Below are positions 29,387 through 39,864 of a stretch of 64,000 bases of DNA, in pieces. Location of the stretch: assembly GCA_963768625.1 (NCBI GenBank), contig CAVYIK010000003.1:625-64624 (forward strand). The letters are read 5' to 3'. Each line of letters begins with the position of its first letter. Within the stretch, counting starts at the first letter, position 1. Below the pieces are notes generated by a model that ran no database searches, was not told the origin of the DNA, and worked only from the letters and a program-made list of their open reading frames with translations. Source of the DNA: an uncultured bacterium. Lineage in GTDB: Bacteria; Patescibacteriota; Minisyncoccia; UBA6257; 2-01-FULL-56-20. Position numbers and translations under genes: made by a program.

Positions 29387-29415
29387 ATAGTAGCATGCTC
29401 TTAAAGATTTGTCAA
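29387..29415 (-). promoter_or_regulatory. sigma70-type promoter of the 28405/27203 operon
   Basis: Minus strand reads TTGACA-17 nt-TACTAT, 13 nt before ATG 29373. Confidence 0.5.
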
Positions 29416-29426
29416 TCCCAAACACC

Positions 29427-29464
29427 AAAAAGCCCCGCTATTGCTGCATAGCTGGGGCTTTTTG
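29427..29464 (-). terminator. bidirectional hairpin terminator after gene 29482..30702
   Basis: AAAAAGCCCCGCTAT-tgctgc-ATAGCTGGGGCTTTTT. Confidence 0.6.
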
Positions 29465-29481
29465 CGTATCAACGTTCCTTT

Positions 29482-30660
29482 TTAGTGGAAGTTGCCGAAG
29501 CGGTTGCGGAAGAGGTTCTGGAGGTTCTGGAATTGCTTCATGAGATCGTTGAAGCGGCCTTGCGTGTCGCTGCTATTGCTACCCGTGTTGCCGTTCCCAT
29601 TTTCATTGTTGCCATTGCCATTGCCCTTACCGTCATTCATGCCGCTGTTCCCGTATCCATTGTCCCCGTGGGGCTGAAATACCGGGCGCGGCATCGTGAT
29701 GCTGTAGTCGCGGACGACATTCGCGTTCACGGTAAGCGGCGAGGAACTCGCGACGAGTATGCCCGAAACGCCGACCTCATCCCCCACCGCAAGCTGTGCG
29801 GCGGGCGTCGACGTGGCGTTCGCCTGGCGGCTGCGGAACCAGAACTCGAACGGGCTCGCAAGCGATCCCGACCAGTTCACCGTGAAGGAAATGCCCCACA
29901 CCTGTGCCTGGAATGAATTTGTTCCGACGCTCGTCACAGTCATCCCGCGGCCCAAGAATTGCCCATTCGCGCCGATTGAAAGCGTCGGCGGATTCAACCG
30001 CGGCAAAGGCGGCGTGGAAGTGGGCGTTATCACGGGCACAACATACGTTTCCGTGACCGTGCAGCTTGCGCTGCCACCGGCCACGATCGGCCCCACACAA
30101 GTGCCGCTCTCGCTCGCCGTATAATTTGCGAGAGAAGAAGCGGTAACAGAATACGTATTGCTTGCGTTCACGATGACCGGCGTGCCTGCGCTATTGCCCG
30201 CAAACGAGCTCGGACTCGCGTTCGCACCGCTCACGAGCACCGTGAAGCTGGATGCGCTCGCTGCGCCTCCTGCCGTGTCGTTCACTGAAACGAAAACGGT
30301 GAGCGTGCTCGTCGCCGGCGGTACCACGTTCGCGGTCACCGTCGCAGAACATGTCACGGTCGACGTGGTAGAGGACGCATCTGTCGCGAGGATGCTTGCG
30401 TTATACGTCCCGTTCACGGCGTAGGTCGCCGCGATGGATGTGCTCGTGCTGCCCGAAACGCTCGAATCCCCGGACCAAAGCACCGTGATCGGCAAATTGC
30501 CGCCGGTCGTAGTCGCCGTCCAAGCGACAACGTTCCCTGAGATGTTCGGCGTGCAGGAAACCGCAAGCTGGGTCGTTGCGTGCGCGAAGCTTGCAGAAAC
30601 GAAGGCGATGACTCCCGCTGCCGCAAGGACGCCGACAACCTTCCAATTTATTTTATTCAT
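29482..30660 (-). CDS. secreted S/T-rich surface protein with Ig/PKD-like repeats and a GNGN-rich C-terminus
   Basis: MNKINWKVVGVLAAAGVIAFVSASFAHA signal. Repeated ..VSCTP..TATTTGG..W.GD.. type beta modules. The ORF track extends to 30702. Confidence 0.55.
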   Translation of the reverse strand: MNKINWKVVGVLAAAGVIAFVSASFAHATTQLAVSCTPNISGNVVAWTATTTGGNLPITVLWSGDSSVSGSTSTSIAATYAVNGTYNASILATDASSTTSTVTCSATVTANVVPPATSTLTVFVSVNDTAGGAASASSFTVLVSGANASPSSFAGNSAGTPVIVNASNTYSVTASSLANYTASESGTCVGPIVAGGSASCTVTETYVVPVITPTSTPPLPRLNPPTLSIGANGQFLGRGMTVTSVGTNSFQAQVWGISFTVNWSGSLASPFEFWFRSRQANATSTPAAQLAVGDEVGVSGILVASSSPLTVNANVVRDYSITMPRPVFQPHGDNGYGNSGMNDGKGNGNGNNENGNGNTGSNSSDTQGRFNDLMKQFQNLQNLFRNRFGNFH

Positions 30661-30732
30661 GATTGATTGTTTTATTATTTCCGACCTTTTGAATATTCCC
30701 ATTATGCCATATAATACGAGGTAATCTCTAAC

Positions 30733-31281
30733 ATGTTACCTACTCGTATTGCGGTCTTTGGCGGAGGCTGCTTCTGGTGCACTGAAGCACTTTTTAAAGA
30801 GCTGCGGGGCGTTCTTTCGGTAATGCCGGGCTATGCCGGCGGGACGACGGAAAATCCTACCTACGAGGCGGTTTGCAGCGGGAAGACCGGGCATGCCGAG
30901 GTCATTAAGATAGAATTTGATCCGAGTCAAATATCTTTTAATGACCTTTTAACGGTCTTCTTCGCAACCCACGATCCGACGACCGTCAATAAGCAGGGGG
31001 CGGACGTGGGCACCCAATATCGCTCCGTCATTCTTTATTCCGATGAAACCCAAAAGAATGATGCCGAATCCTTCATCAAAAAATTAAACGACAGCGACCC
31101 CGCGGGGAAGCCGGTCGTTACCGAAGTAAAACCCCTTCAGAAATTCTATGAAGCGGAGGATTATCATCGCGATTATTTCAAGAACAATCCTGCGCAGCCT
31201 TACTGCCAGATTATCATTGAACCGAAGGTGCAAAAATTGGAGAAGGAATTCGCCGCGCTTTTAAAGACGCACGGGAAATAG
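30733..31281 (+). CDS. msrA: peptide-methionine (S)-S-oxide reductase
   Basis: AVFGGGCFWCTEALF, GYAGGTTENPTYEAVCSGKTGHAEV, YHRDYF. Confidence 0.92.
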   Translation: MLPTRIAVFGGGCFWCTEALFKELRGVLSVMPGYAGGTTENPTYEAVCSGKTGHAEVIKIEFDPSQISFNDLLTVFFATHDPTTVNKQGADVGTQYRSVILYSDETQKNDAESFIKKLNDSDPAGKPVVTEVKPLQKFYEAEDYHRDYFKNNPAQPYCQIIIEPKVQKLEKEFAALLKTHGK

Positions 31282-31284
31282 CGC

Positions 31285-31968
31285 CTACTGCCAGACCCTA
31301 GCCACCGGTATTACTTTTTCATTCACCACGGTCGGTAGGCTGGAGGTTGAAACGGAGAGGGTTCCCACATCCGCCGTCCAGACGCTTGAGCTCGTGTTCA
31401 GGTCGCCGAAGATGAGGACCCCTTCCCCGCCCGGCGCCTGCGGTGCACAACCGTAGTTCGCTGAAATGTCGCCTTGTGCGATAGGAAGCGTGCCCGTGAA
31501 GGGAGAGCAGGGCGTGCCATCACTCAATTGCACGAGCCATGCCCAGTTCGGAGGGATGGGGCCCTGGAGCGTCTCGGGTGCGGGAAGCGGCTTCGTGAGC
31601 TTCAAGACAAAAGAGGATGTCGTGGTGGTGGGCGCTGATGGGTTCGCTCCGCAGAGAAGGTTCTTGCTCCCCGGGATCTCAAAACAAGGGTCATTGATGG
31701 AATTTCCCACCGTACACCGCCACGCGTCTGCCCGGAAAGGCGCGGCGATGGAACTCGTCCAGCAAGAGCCGCTCACGACAGGCGTAGAACTTGCGGGCGT
31801 TTCCGGTATGTAGACGATGACTTGCGTCGGCGACAGATTGCTCTGTGCAGTGCCGCCGGGCCCGGACACGGGGATGTTCGTCGCGGGAGAAATGAAAAAC
31901 CGCCCTACGCCAAAGAGGATGACGAGGCACAGTACCGCAACCATCGCAATGGCACTTACTCTTCGCAT
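31285..31968 (-). CDS. hypothetical secreted protein
   Basis: 227 aa; N-terminal anchor MRRVSAIAMVAVLCLVILF. Confidence 0.45.
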   Translation of the reverse strand: MRRVSAIAMVAVLCLVILFGVGRFFISPATNIPVSGPGGTAQSNLSPTQVIVYIPETPASSTPVVSGSCWTSSIAAPFRADAWRCTVGNSINDPCFEIPGSKNLLCGANPSAPTTTTSSFVLKLTKPLPAPETLQGPIPPNWAWLVQLSDGTPCSPFTGTLPIAQGDISANYGCAPQAPGGEGVLIFGDLNTSSSVWTADVGTLSVSTSSLPTVVNEKVIPVARVWQ

Positions 31969-31974
31969 AGGGTT

Positions 31975-32682
31975 TTATTCAAAACGGAATGTCCCCACGA
32001 TACGGTCCAGGATATCAGTGAGCTTCGCCTTGTCGAACGGCTGGAGGCCGTACTCCGCCGGATAATTTGCGATCTGCGAAGAGTGGATGGTATATTGCAC
32101 CGCCCAGCACTTCCCCGCGTGGAGCGCTTGGTAGCTTGTGGTCTCATAAAAATTCCCGGCACCGGCATCCGCGGTTTGGAAGACGGCGAATGTGACCCCG
32201 TTGATCGTCGCACTTGGCACGGCGTTGCGCGGCTGGGCTGACGGCAATGGCGAAAGGCAGCTCGCGACGGCATTTTTATCCGCGCTGTATCCCACTGTCA
32301 GTTTTGCATCTGCAAAATTCGTCTGCGGCTCGAACGCCCGCGGGATCGTGAGCGTGAACGCAAGAACCCCCGGCTGATTCGCATCCGCGCCGATCCGCCA
32401 ATCCATAGACGGCGTCTTCGAGTAAATATCGTTGGCATCAAAATCGATCGGGTACGCGATGCTCCAGCCGGCGTTGTTCTGGTCGGTCTGCCACGCCGCG
32501 ACATTGTGGTAATAATCGGTGCCGCCCATCCCGGCGCCGGGAGCGACGTTCAGTGGAGCCACAAGCTCGCCGTACTGCATGCCGTACCAAAACCCGATGA
32601 ACGGCAAGGCGACAAAAAGAATGAGCGCAAGGATCTTTGAATACCACGTCACCTTGTTCCACTCTATATTCATACTCTTCAT
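31975..32682 (-). CDS. hypothetical membrane-anchored protein
   Basis: 235 aa; anchor WYSKILALILFVALPFIGFWY. Confidence 0.45.
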   Translation of the reverse strand: MKSMNIEWNKVTWYSKILALILFVALPFIGFWYGMQYGELVAPLNVAPGAGMGGTDYYHNVAAWQTDQNNAGWSIAYPIDFDANDIYSKTPSMDWRIGADANQPGVLAFTLTIPRAFEPQTNFADAKLTVGYSADKNAVASCLSPLPSAQPRNAVPSATINGVTFAVFQTADAGAGNFYETTSYQALHAGKCWAVQYTIHSSQIANYPAEYGLQPFDKAKLTDILDRIVGTFRFE

Positions 32683-33430
32683 TATACCTCGATCTTCGAG
32701 AACAGATAGCTCCCGACACCCAAGAACACGGCGGTGATGACGGCGAGTACCACGAAGTCCACGCCGAGTCCGAAATGCGTCGTGTTCACGAGGAGCGCGC
32801 GGAAGGAGTCAATGCCATATGAAAGCGGGTCGATGGTTGTAAGGCCGGCGAGGATGGTGGGTAGGCCGCTCAGAGGGAAAAGCGCGCCGGAGAGGAAAAA
32901 CAAAGGCATAACAAGGAAGTTCATGATGAGCTGGAAACCCTGCATGTCCTCGAGGAGCGATGCGATGCCGGTGCCGAGCGCGGTAAAAAGCAGCGCGACG
33001 AGGAGCATAAAGAGGACCGCGACGGGGACGAGCCACCAATTGTCCGGGCGGAAGCCGAACGCAACGGAGATCAAGAAGACAAGGATGCCCTGGAATGTCG
33101 CGACGGTCGCGCCGCCGAGCGTGCGGCCGATCATGATAGTAAGCCGCGATACGGGCGCCACAAGCGTCTCCTTCAAAAATCCGAACTGCCGGTCCCAAAT
33201 GAGCTGGATGCCCGAAAAGATCGCGGTAAAAATAATGCTCATGCCGATAATGCCCGGGACACAGGAACTGGAAATAGTTGCCCTGCACCCGCCGCCTGGA
33301 AGACGGATCCGAGGCCGTACCCGAGCGCGAGCAAAAAGAGGAGTGGTTGGCCAAGCGAACCGATCATCCGCGACTTTGAACGGAAATAGCGCTTCAACTC
33401 GCGGAGCCACATTATGTAGATGGTTTTCAT
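32682..33430 (-). CDS. ABC-2 type exporter permease (one frameshift near 33240-33410)
   Basis: N-terminus MKTIYIMWLRELKRYFRSKSRMIGSLGQPLLFLLALG in ORF 33239..33472. The body is in ORF 32682..33410 (..FGFLKETLVAPVSR..). Confidence 0.8.
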
Positions 33431-33447
33431 GGCGAATATAAATAGTA

Positions 33448-34254
33448 TTACCTTCTTCCTCCGCGGCCCCACATGCGCGCGCGGTTGCGCAACCGGTCGG
33501 TTGCCGTCGATTCCTCTTCGCGGATCACATTGCCGGTCAATTTAAGAAAAGCGTCTTCAAGCGAACCGGTCCCTGTCTGCTTCATAAGTTCCCCTGCGTT
33601 TCCCACCGCAACGATCTTGCCATGGTCAATGATCGCGATCCGCTGGGCTATGCGTGCCGCCTCTTCCATATAATGCGTCGTGAAGAACACCGTGATGCCT
33701 TCCTTCTTGTTCAGCTCCTGGAGATAGGTCCACATATGGTTGCGCGTCTGCGGGTCAAGGCCAAGCGTCGGCTCGTCAAGGAAGATGACTTTCGGATGGT
33801 GCAAAAGGCCGCGCGCGATCTCAAGCCGCCGCTTCATGCCGCCGGAAAATTCCTTGACCAGGCTGTCGCGCCGGTCCCACAGCTCGACGAACTTCAAGAG
33901 TTGTTCAACGCGTTCTTTGCGCAATTTCGCGGGGACGTTATAAAGGACGCCGTGGAACTCCATGTTTTCCTTTGCGGTAAGTTCGTCATCCAGGCTCGGG
34001 TCTTGGAACACGATGCCGAACGAGCGCCGCACCTCTTCGGGGTCCGTGACCGGGCTGTGGCCGTCGAGCGTGATCGAGCCGCTCGTGGGATGCAAGAGCG
34101 TAGTAAGCATCTTGATCGTGGTGGACTTCCCTGCCCCGTTCGGCCCCAAGAAGGCGAAAATCTCTCCTTTCGCCACGCTAAATGAAATATCGTCCACGGC
34201 CACGAAATCGCCGAACCGCTTGACTAAATTACGTACTTCTATTATATTTTCCAT
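33448..34254 (-). CDS. ABC transporter ATP-binding protein (DrrA/ABC-2 partner)
   Basis: GPNGAGKSTT, FSGGMKRRLEIARGL, IFLDEPTLGLD. Confidence 0.9.
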   Translation of the reverse strand: MENIIEVRNLVKRFGDFVAVDDISFSVAKGEIFAFLGPNGAGKSTTIKMLTTLLHPTSGSITLDGHSPVTDPEEVRRSFGIVFQDPSLDDELTAKENMEFHGVLYNVPAKLRKERVEQLLKFVELWDRRDSLVKEFSGGMKRRLEIARGLLHHPKVIFLDEPTLGLDPQTRNHMWTYLQELNKKEGITVFFTTHYMEEAARIAQRIAIIDHGKIVAVGNAGELMKQTGTGSLEDAFLKLTGNVIREEESTATDRLRNRARMWGRGGRR

Positions 34255-34341
34255 ATATTGTTTATATACATAATTATTAACATACTTAACTATATGTCAA
34301 ATCGGGCTGTGCATAGACCCGCATAATAAAGAAGTATATAA

Positions 34342-34347
34342 TAGAAT
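34342..34347 (+). promoter_or_regulatory. -10 box TAGAAT 8 nt upstream of ATG 34356
   Basis: tataaTAGAATcatacctcATG, in an AT-rich divergent intergenic region. Confidence 0.35.
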
Positions 34348-34355
34348 CATACCTC

Positions 34356-35930
34356 ATGAAAGCATACCTCCGCGGCTTGAGCCTGATCAAAAAGATCCTT
34401 CTGGGAATTGTGGTACTCCTCGTTGTCTGGGGCGTCTATCATTTTTGGTTTGCGCCCGTGAGCTCTCCCTATCAGTTTTCGACCGCTGCCCGCGGCACGC
34501 TTGCCCAGGTAGTGAGCGTCACCGGGAATACGGCCCCCGTGCATCAGGTTGATCTCGCCTTCCAGAATGGCGGGATTATTTCGGCGATCAACGGCGACGT
34601 GGGTGCCCACGTTAACGCCGGCGCCGCCATCGTGCAGCTTGACACGAGCAATCTTCAGGCACAGCTTGCCCAGGCGCAGGCTAACGTGGATACCCAGACC
34701 GCGAAGCTCCAATCGCTTGAAGCCGGTTCCCGCCCGCAAGATATACAGATCTCAGAGGCACAACTGGCCGCTTCGGAGCAGACCCTCACGAATACCTATG
34801 CGGGCGTGAACACGTTGCTCGCGGATGCGTACGCAAAATCCAATGACGCAGTGCGGAACCAACTGTCTTCCTTTTTCTCCAATCCGGAAGGCAATAGCCC
34901 GCAGCTTATTTTAAGCATCAACGACTCGCAGCTTTTGAATAACATTGACTTTGGCCGCCTGCAGGCAAGCACCGAACTTAACGCGTGGCAAGCAGAACTC
35001 GTTGGCATCGGCGCGCTCCCCTCTCCTTCTTCTTCAACCCTCGACACGGCGCTTGCAGACGCCGCGAGCCACCTTACGATTATCCAAAACTTTCTTAACC
35101 AAGTTTCTGCGGGGCTCACAAGCGCTACGAATGTCCCCGCCTCAACCGCGGTAACGTACAAAACTGAAGTGACTACAGCATTAAATGAAACGACTGCCGG
35201 CATGACGGAAATAAATACGGCGATACAGAGCATTGCCTCGGAGAAAATCAACGTACAACAGCTCCAGGCACAGCTTGCCCTCACGCTCGCCGGGTCTACG
35301 CAAAATGATATTGACGCGCAGCAGGCGCAGGTGGAACAGGCACAGGCGAGCATGAAAAGCATCCAAGTGAGCATCGCCCAGTCGTCGCTCGTGGCGCCGG
35401 TTTCCGGCGTGATCACGGTACAGAACGCGAAGGTTGGTGAGATCGCCACCCCTGGGACAGTGCTTGTTTCCACGATCTCCGATCAAGGATTGGAGGTGGA
35501 CGCGCAGATTGCAGAGGCCGATATCGGCAAGGTGAACATAGACGACGTTGCCTCCATGACGCTGGACGCTTTTCAGGGACAAACATTTTCGGGCAAGGTC
35601 ACCTATGTCGATCCCGGCGTAACCCTCATAGAAGGCGTGCCGACCTATAAAACAACTTTCCAATTCGATAACCTCAATCCCGGCGTAAAGCCCGGCATGA
35701 CGGCAAACCTTGACATCACGACTGCGACGCACGTGAATGTCATCTTTATCCCGCAGCGCTATGTGGTAACGAACGCGGACGGCACAAACACCGTACAGGT
35801 CTACCATGGCGCGAAGACGCCGCTTGAAACGCGCAGCGTGACGACGGGCATCCGCGACCAGAACGGCAATATCGAGATCGTATCAGGACTGAGCGAAGGA
35901 GAGGTTGTCGCCCTTTCCTCATCCTCGTAG
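34356..35930 (+). CDS. efflux transporter periplasmic adaptor (HlyD/MacA family)
   Basis: 524 aa with an N-terminal anchor, a long Q/A-rich coiled coil, a lipoyl-like ..APVSGVITVQNAKVGE.. and a beta-barrel C-terminus. Upstream of macB-like genes. Confidence 0.8.
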   Translation: MKAYLRGLSLIKKILLGIVVLLVVWGVYHFWFAPVSSPYQFSTAARGTLAQVVSVTGNTAPVHQVDLAFQNGGIISAINGDVGAHVNAGAAIVQLDTSNLQAQLAQAQANVDTQTAKLQSLEAGSRPQDIQISEAQLAASEQTLTNTYAGVNTLLADAYAKSNDAVRNQLSSFFSNPEGNSPQLILSINDSQLLNNIDFGRLQASTELNAWQAELVGIGALPSPSSSTLDTALADAASHLTIIQNFLNQVSAGLTSATNVPASTAVTYKTEVTTALNETTAGMTEINTAIQSIASEKINVQQLQAQLALTLAGSTQNDIDAQQAQVEQAQASMKSIQVSIAQSSLVAPVSGVITVQNAKVGEIATPGTVLVSTISDQGLEVDAQIAEADIGKVNIDDVASMTLDAFQGQTFSGKVTYVDPGVTLIEGVPTYKTTFQFDNLNPGVKPGMTANLDITTATHVNVIFIPQRYVVTNADGTNTVQVYHGAKTPLETRSVTTGIRDQNGNIEIVSGLSEGEVVALSSSS

Positions 35931-35941
35931 CGCACCGTCTT

Positions 35942-36661
35942 ATGGCGCTTATTGAAGCGAAGTCGCTCCGGAAGGTCTACGGCGATGAGGGCGCCGAGAC
36001 CATCGCCGTGGAAGACGTTTCGCTCTCAGTGAACGCAGGTGAATTCGTGGCGATTATGGGGCCATCCGGCTCCGGCAAATCTACCCTGCTCCACATCCTC
36101 GGCTTCCTCGACCGCTACACGAGCGGGACCTATGTCTTTGATGGAAAAGAAATGTCGGAATATTCCGAGGACGAACTCGCGCACATCCGCAACCACAAGA
36201 TGGGTTTCATTTTCCAGGCGTTCAATCTTTTGCCCCGGGCAACCGTCCTCGAAAACGTAAAGCTTCCCCTCCTCTATTCGGACATCCCGGAGGCGCAGTG
36301 GGACGAGATGGCGACAAAAGCGATCCGAACCGTGAAGCTGGACCATCGGATACATCATCCGGCCTATCAGCTCTCCGGCGGCGAAAAACAGCGGGTGGCG
36401 ATCGCCCGCGCGCTGATCCTCTCGCCGCAGGTCATCTTCGCGGACGAGCCGACCGGCAACCTTGATTCCAAATCGGGACAAGCGGTGATGCAGACGATCC
36501 AAGAATTGAACGAGGAACAAGGGCACACGATCATCCTTATCACACACGAAACGCATACCGCCGAACATGCGGAGCGGATCCTCACCATCCTGGACGGCCG
36601 CATTGACTCCAATGAGAAGGTCGCAAAACGCCGGCGCGCGAACGAAATATTCGAAAAATAG
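35942..36661 (+). CDS. macB: MacB/LolD-type ABC ATP-binding protein
   Basis: GPSGSGKSTLL, FIFQAFNLLP, LSGGEKQRVAIARAL, IFADEPTGNLD. Confidence 0.88.
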   Translation: MALIEAKSLRKVYGDEGAETIAVEDVSLSVNAGEFVAIMGPSGSGKSTLLHILGFLDRYTSGTYVFDGKEMSEYSEDELAHIRNHKMGFIFQAFNLLPRATVLENVKLPLLYSDIPEAQWDEMATKAIRTVKLDHRIHHPAYQLSGGEKQRVAIARALILSPQVIFADEPTGNLDSKSGQAVMQTIQELNEEQGHTIILITHETHTAEHAERILTILDGRIDSNEKVAKRRRANEIFEK

Positions 36662-36667
36662 AACATA

Positions 36668-37907
36668 ATGACGCTTAGCCAGCTTACAAAAACCGCCGTC
36701 ACAGGCCTTGCCACGAACCGCTCGCGCTCCTTTCTCACTATTTTGGGCATTGTGATCGGCATCACGGCCATCATCATCGTGATGTCCCTCGGCCAAGGCG
36801 CCCAAGGGCTCATCCTGGGAGAGATCCAGAGCATCGGCTCGCGCGTGATCGCGATCGTGCCGGGCAGGCAGCCTACGAGCCCGACGGATTTCCTCTCCAC
36901 TTTCACCAACTCGCTGAAAGAGAGCGACCTTACGGCGCTTGAGAACAAGGGCAACGTCCCGCACGCGCTGACCGTCATGCCCGTCGACTTCGGCAGCGAA
37001 GCAATCTCGTGGCAGACGAACACCTACCAGGCAACGCTCTTCGGCACCACGGAGCTTTTCGGCGAGATCTACAACCTCACGACCGACGAAGGGAATATTT
37101 TCGGGGCGGATGACGTGGCAAGCCTTGCGAACGTCGCCGTGATAGGAAAAACGGTGGAGCAAAAATTGTTCGGCACGAGTTCGGGGATCGGCCAGAAGAT
37201 ACGCATCAATAACACCACCTTCCGCGTGGTCGGCGTCCTTAAGAGCACCGGCCAACTCTCGTTCCTTAATTTCGACGAGGCCGTTATCATACCCTACACA
37301 ACGGCGCAAACATATATTTTTGGCATCAGTTATTTCAATCGCATGGTTGTGGAAGCGGACAGCAACAGCACGGTGAACGAGACCGCGGACGATATCGTAA
37401 GGACGCTGCGTAATGACCACGGGATCATCGATCCCTCAAAGGACGACTTCTTCATCCAGACCCAGGAAAGTGCCATGCAAACCGTGAGCACGATCTTGAA
37501 CGTCCTCACGCTCTTTCTCGCCTCGGTCGCCGCGGTTTCCCTCGTCGTGGGCGGCATCGGCATCATGAACATCATGCTTGTCTCGGTCACAGAACGCACG
37601 CGCGAGATCGGCCTGCGAAAAGCTCTCGGCGCGACCGACGAGAATATCCTTTCGCAATTTCTCCTTGAAGCCGTCATGCTCACGGCCATCGGCGGCGTGA
37701 TCGGCATCGTGCTCGGCGGACTCGTCTCCTTCGGGGTCGCGCTCATTTTGAGCAAGGTCTATGCGGTTGAACTGGCAATTCGTCCTGCCCTGGACAGCCG
37801 TGGCCCTCGGCCTTGGCGTCTCCTCCGGCATCGGACTTGTTTTCGGCATCTATCCCGCCCGCCAAGCATCAAAGAAAAGTCCGATAGAGGCGCTACGCTA
37901 CGAGTAG
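36668..37907 (+). CDS. MacB/FtsX-type ABC permease (one frameshift near 37760)
   Basis: MacB periplasmic domain plus FtsX TMs (..[12 protein letters not shown]..). The proper C-terminus ..[21 protein letters not shown] is reached only after a frame change. The track ORF reads through to 38242. Confidence 0.8.
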
Positions 37908-37918
37908 CCAAGGCAAAG

Positions 37919-37975
37919 AAAAACCCCCTTCGAGCGAATTCGTCTTCGCACGTTAGCGAGAAGGGGGTTTTTCTT
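37919..37975. terminator. bidirectional hairpin terminator
   Basis: AAACCCCCTTC....GAAGGGGGTTT with flanking A and T runs, between convergent genes. Confidence 0.55.
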
Positions 37976-37978
37976 TGC

Positions 37979-38185
37979 CTATCTTTTCTTGCCTTGGGCC
38001 ATCTTTGCGAGAACTTTGGCGTCCTTTCGGAGGCGCTTCCATTCGGCCTTCATGTCGCGCGCCACTTTCATGGCCTCCTGCGTGTTCACGTTGTGCAGGG
38101 ATCCATAGTGTTTCGCTGCCCGGTCAACGACGCGCTTATATTCCGCTTCGCTCATGCGCCGCGCTTTTTTCACATCTTTCGCCAC
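37979..38185 (-). CDS. small basic hypothetical protein
   Basis: 68 aa, K/R-rich and helical. A hydrophobic N-terminal segment (MRRAAIGAGAGVLTAAALAAAGAYFF, ATG near 38312) lies upstream in another frame, so a frameshifted longer gene is possible. Confidence 0.35.
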   Translation of the reverse strand: MAKDVKKARRMSEAEYKRVVDRAAKHYGSLHNVNTQEAMKVARDMKAEWKRLRKDAKVLAKMAQGKKR

Positions 38186-38629
38186 CGCTTTTCGGGCTTT
38201 CTTGGCCCAAAGCTTTGCCCGTCTCCTCTGGCTCTTGCTTGAAAGAAGTACGCCCCGGCGGCCGCAAGCGCCGCAGCCGTCAAAACGCCGGCGCCCGCCC
38301 CTATTGCTGCCCGCCGCATTTTCCTTAAGTTTTTTTCTTCATGATGTTATTTATACGGTTTTATTTATGCTCGACCTTGAGTTTTTCTTATGCTTCTTCA
38401 ATCTGTTCAGAAATCAGTAAGATGCTGCAGTCTTGAACCCTTCGTGGCGCACCTGTCCGCGCAGGTCATGGAGATCCTCCCGGAAAAGCACGGTTTCTTC
38501 CTGGACCTGCTCGCGTGATCTTCCTGACATCGCTCAGAACCTTTGCCAGATAAATGAGAGCGACCGTGAGCACGGTCGCGACCACGACCACCGCGATCGT
38601 CGTCACGAAAAAGAAAATGTCGGCGTGGA

Positions 38630-39825
38630 TCAAGGTATCCATATTAAAATCATATCACATCTACCCGGCGAAAAGCCTTCGCCGTCGCGCCTTTTTCTTT
38701 TCTGCGGGCGACAGCCGGTCTTCCGCACCGCCGCGGCGAGCATGGCGATCGTCTGGTCATAGGTCGCGCGGTCCACGGGATACGGCGTCGCGTCCTTGCC
38801 GCCGTGCGCAAAGCTGTAGCGGGCAGGGTCCTCGTAGGAAGGCGCTGGCGCCGTAGATGACTTCGCCCACGAGCGCGAGCGCGCGCACGGTCTTCGGGCC
38901 CACGCCTTCCATGGCGACCAGTTTCTCGTAGTTCTCCGGCTTTCGGTCGGCCACTTTCGCCAAAACCTTTTCCAGATATTTGCTCTTTGAAAAATCCTCG
39001 TGGACGACGGGATGGTATTTGAACTCGCGCGTTTCAAGGTTCAAGAGCGTGAGCTGCTCGCCCTGCCCCGTTCTCAAATTTTGCCATCTGCGAGAGCCGC
39101 GACGAATATTTACGGAGGAGCTGGATGTCCTTCATGAGCGTGGCGTAGCCCGCCTGCGACAAGCTCGGTGGAAATCGTCGCGTGTTTTGGCGCTGCGCTT
39201 CGCGGTAAGATCAAGCACGCTGTTCAAGACGATGGGCGAGGAGATGCCGGAATGCGGTTCGTTCACAAGGTCGTTCACGTTTTCCGAAAACCAATGGTAG
39301 CGCCGCGCCGAACGTTTTTCTTTGTTCATCCCCTGCTGGACGACCGCCCACGCTCCGCCCCGCGAAAAGAAGAACGCATGGTGATAGAGCTGGAATCCGT
39401 CCTGCACGAGCGCGCTGTCCACTTTCGCGCTCATTTTAGAGTTATAGACAAGGTTGTGCGCCTGCGGGCCGGGCAATGAGAGCCGCTCGCCCCACTGCAT
39501 GGATCTCCTCCGGCGTTTTGCGCGAGGTCTTCCCTTTCCCGCCGCAGATGAAGATGCCGAGGTCCTTTTCATGGCCGCGGATGGCTTCCTTGAGCGCCGC
39601 CGTAAGGATGGTCGTGAGCCCCGACGCGTTCCAGTCAAACGCGAGCACCGTGCCCAGCGACTGGAACCAGACCGGGTCCGCGATCCGCTTGATGAACTCG
39701 TCCGGGCCGTATTCCGCGACGAGCACGTACACCATCTCGCGGCCAAGTTTTACCATGCGCTCAAAAAGCCACGGCGGACAATGGCCGTAATCAAGCCCGA
39801 AAGAAGCGACGCCGCGCTGGATCAT
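38630..39825 (-). pseudogene. DUF763-family protein, at least 3 frameshifts
   Basis: MIQRGVASFGLDYGHCPPWLFERMVKLGREMV..DPVWFQSLGTVLAFDWNASGLTT (39442..39825). Further fragments are 39132..39746, 38757..39077 and 38630..39037. Confidence 0.6.
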
Positions 39826-39864
39826 GCTTCTATTATACGCCCTACTCCCGAGAATGAGCCCTAC

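Noticed and set aside
36026-37420. 464-aa ORF on the minus strand
   Set aside because: It is antisense to the macB ATPase and permease genes, which have unambiguous ABC and FtsX motifs. Its R/D/H-rich composition marks it as a shadow ORF.
38469-38642. Possible small membrane protein (MDTLIHADIFFFVTTIAVVVVATVLTVALIYLAKVL..) on the minus strand
   Set aside because: It is only 57 aa (58 codons including the stop) before a stop, and it probably needs a frameshift to reach a sensible C-terminus. There is too little evidence to call it.
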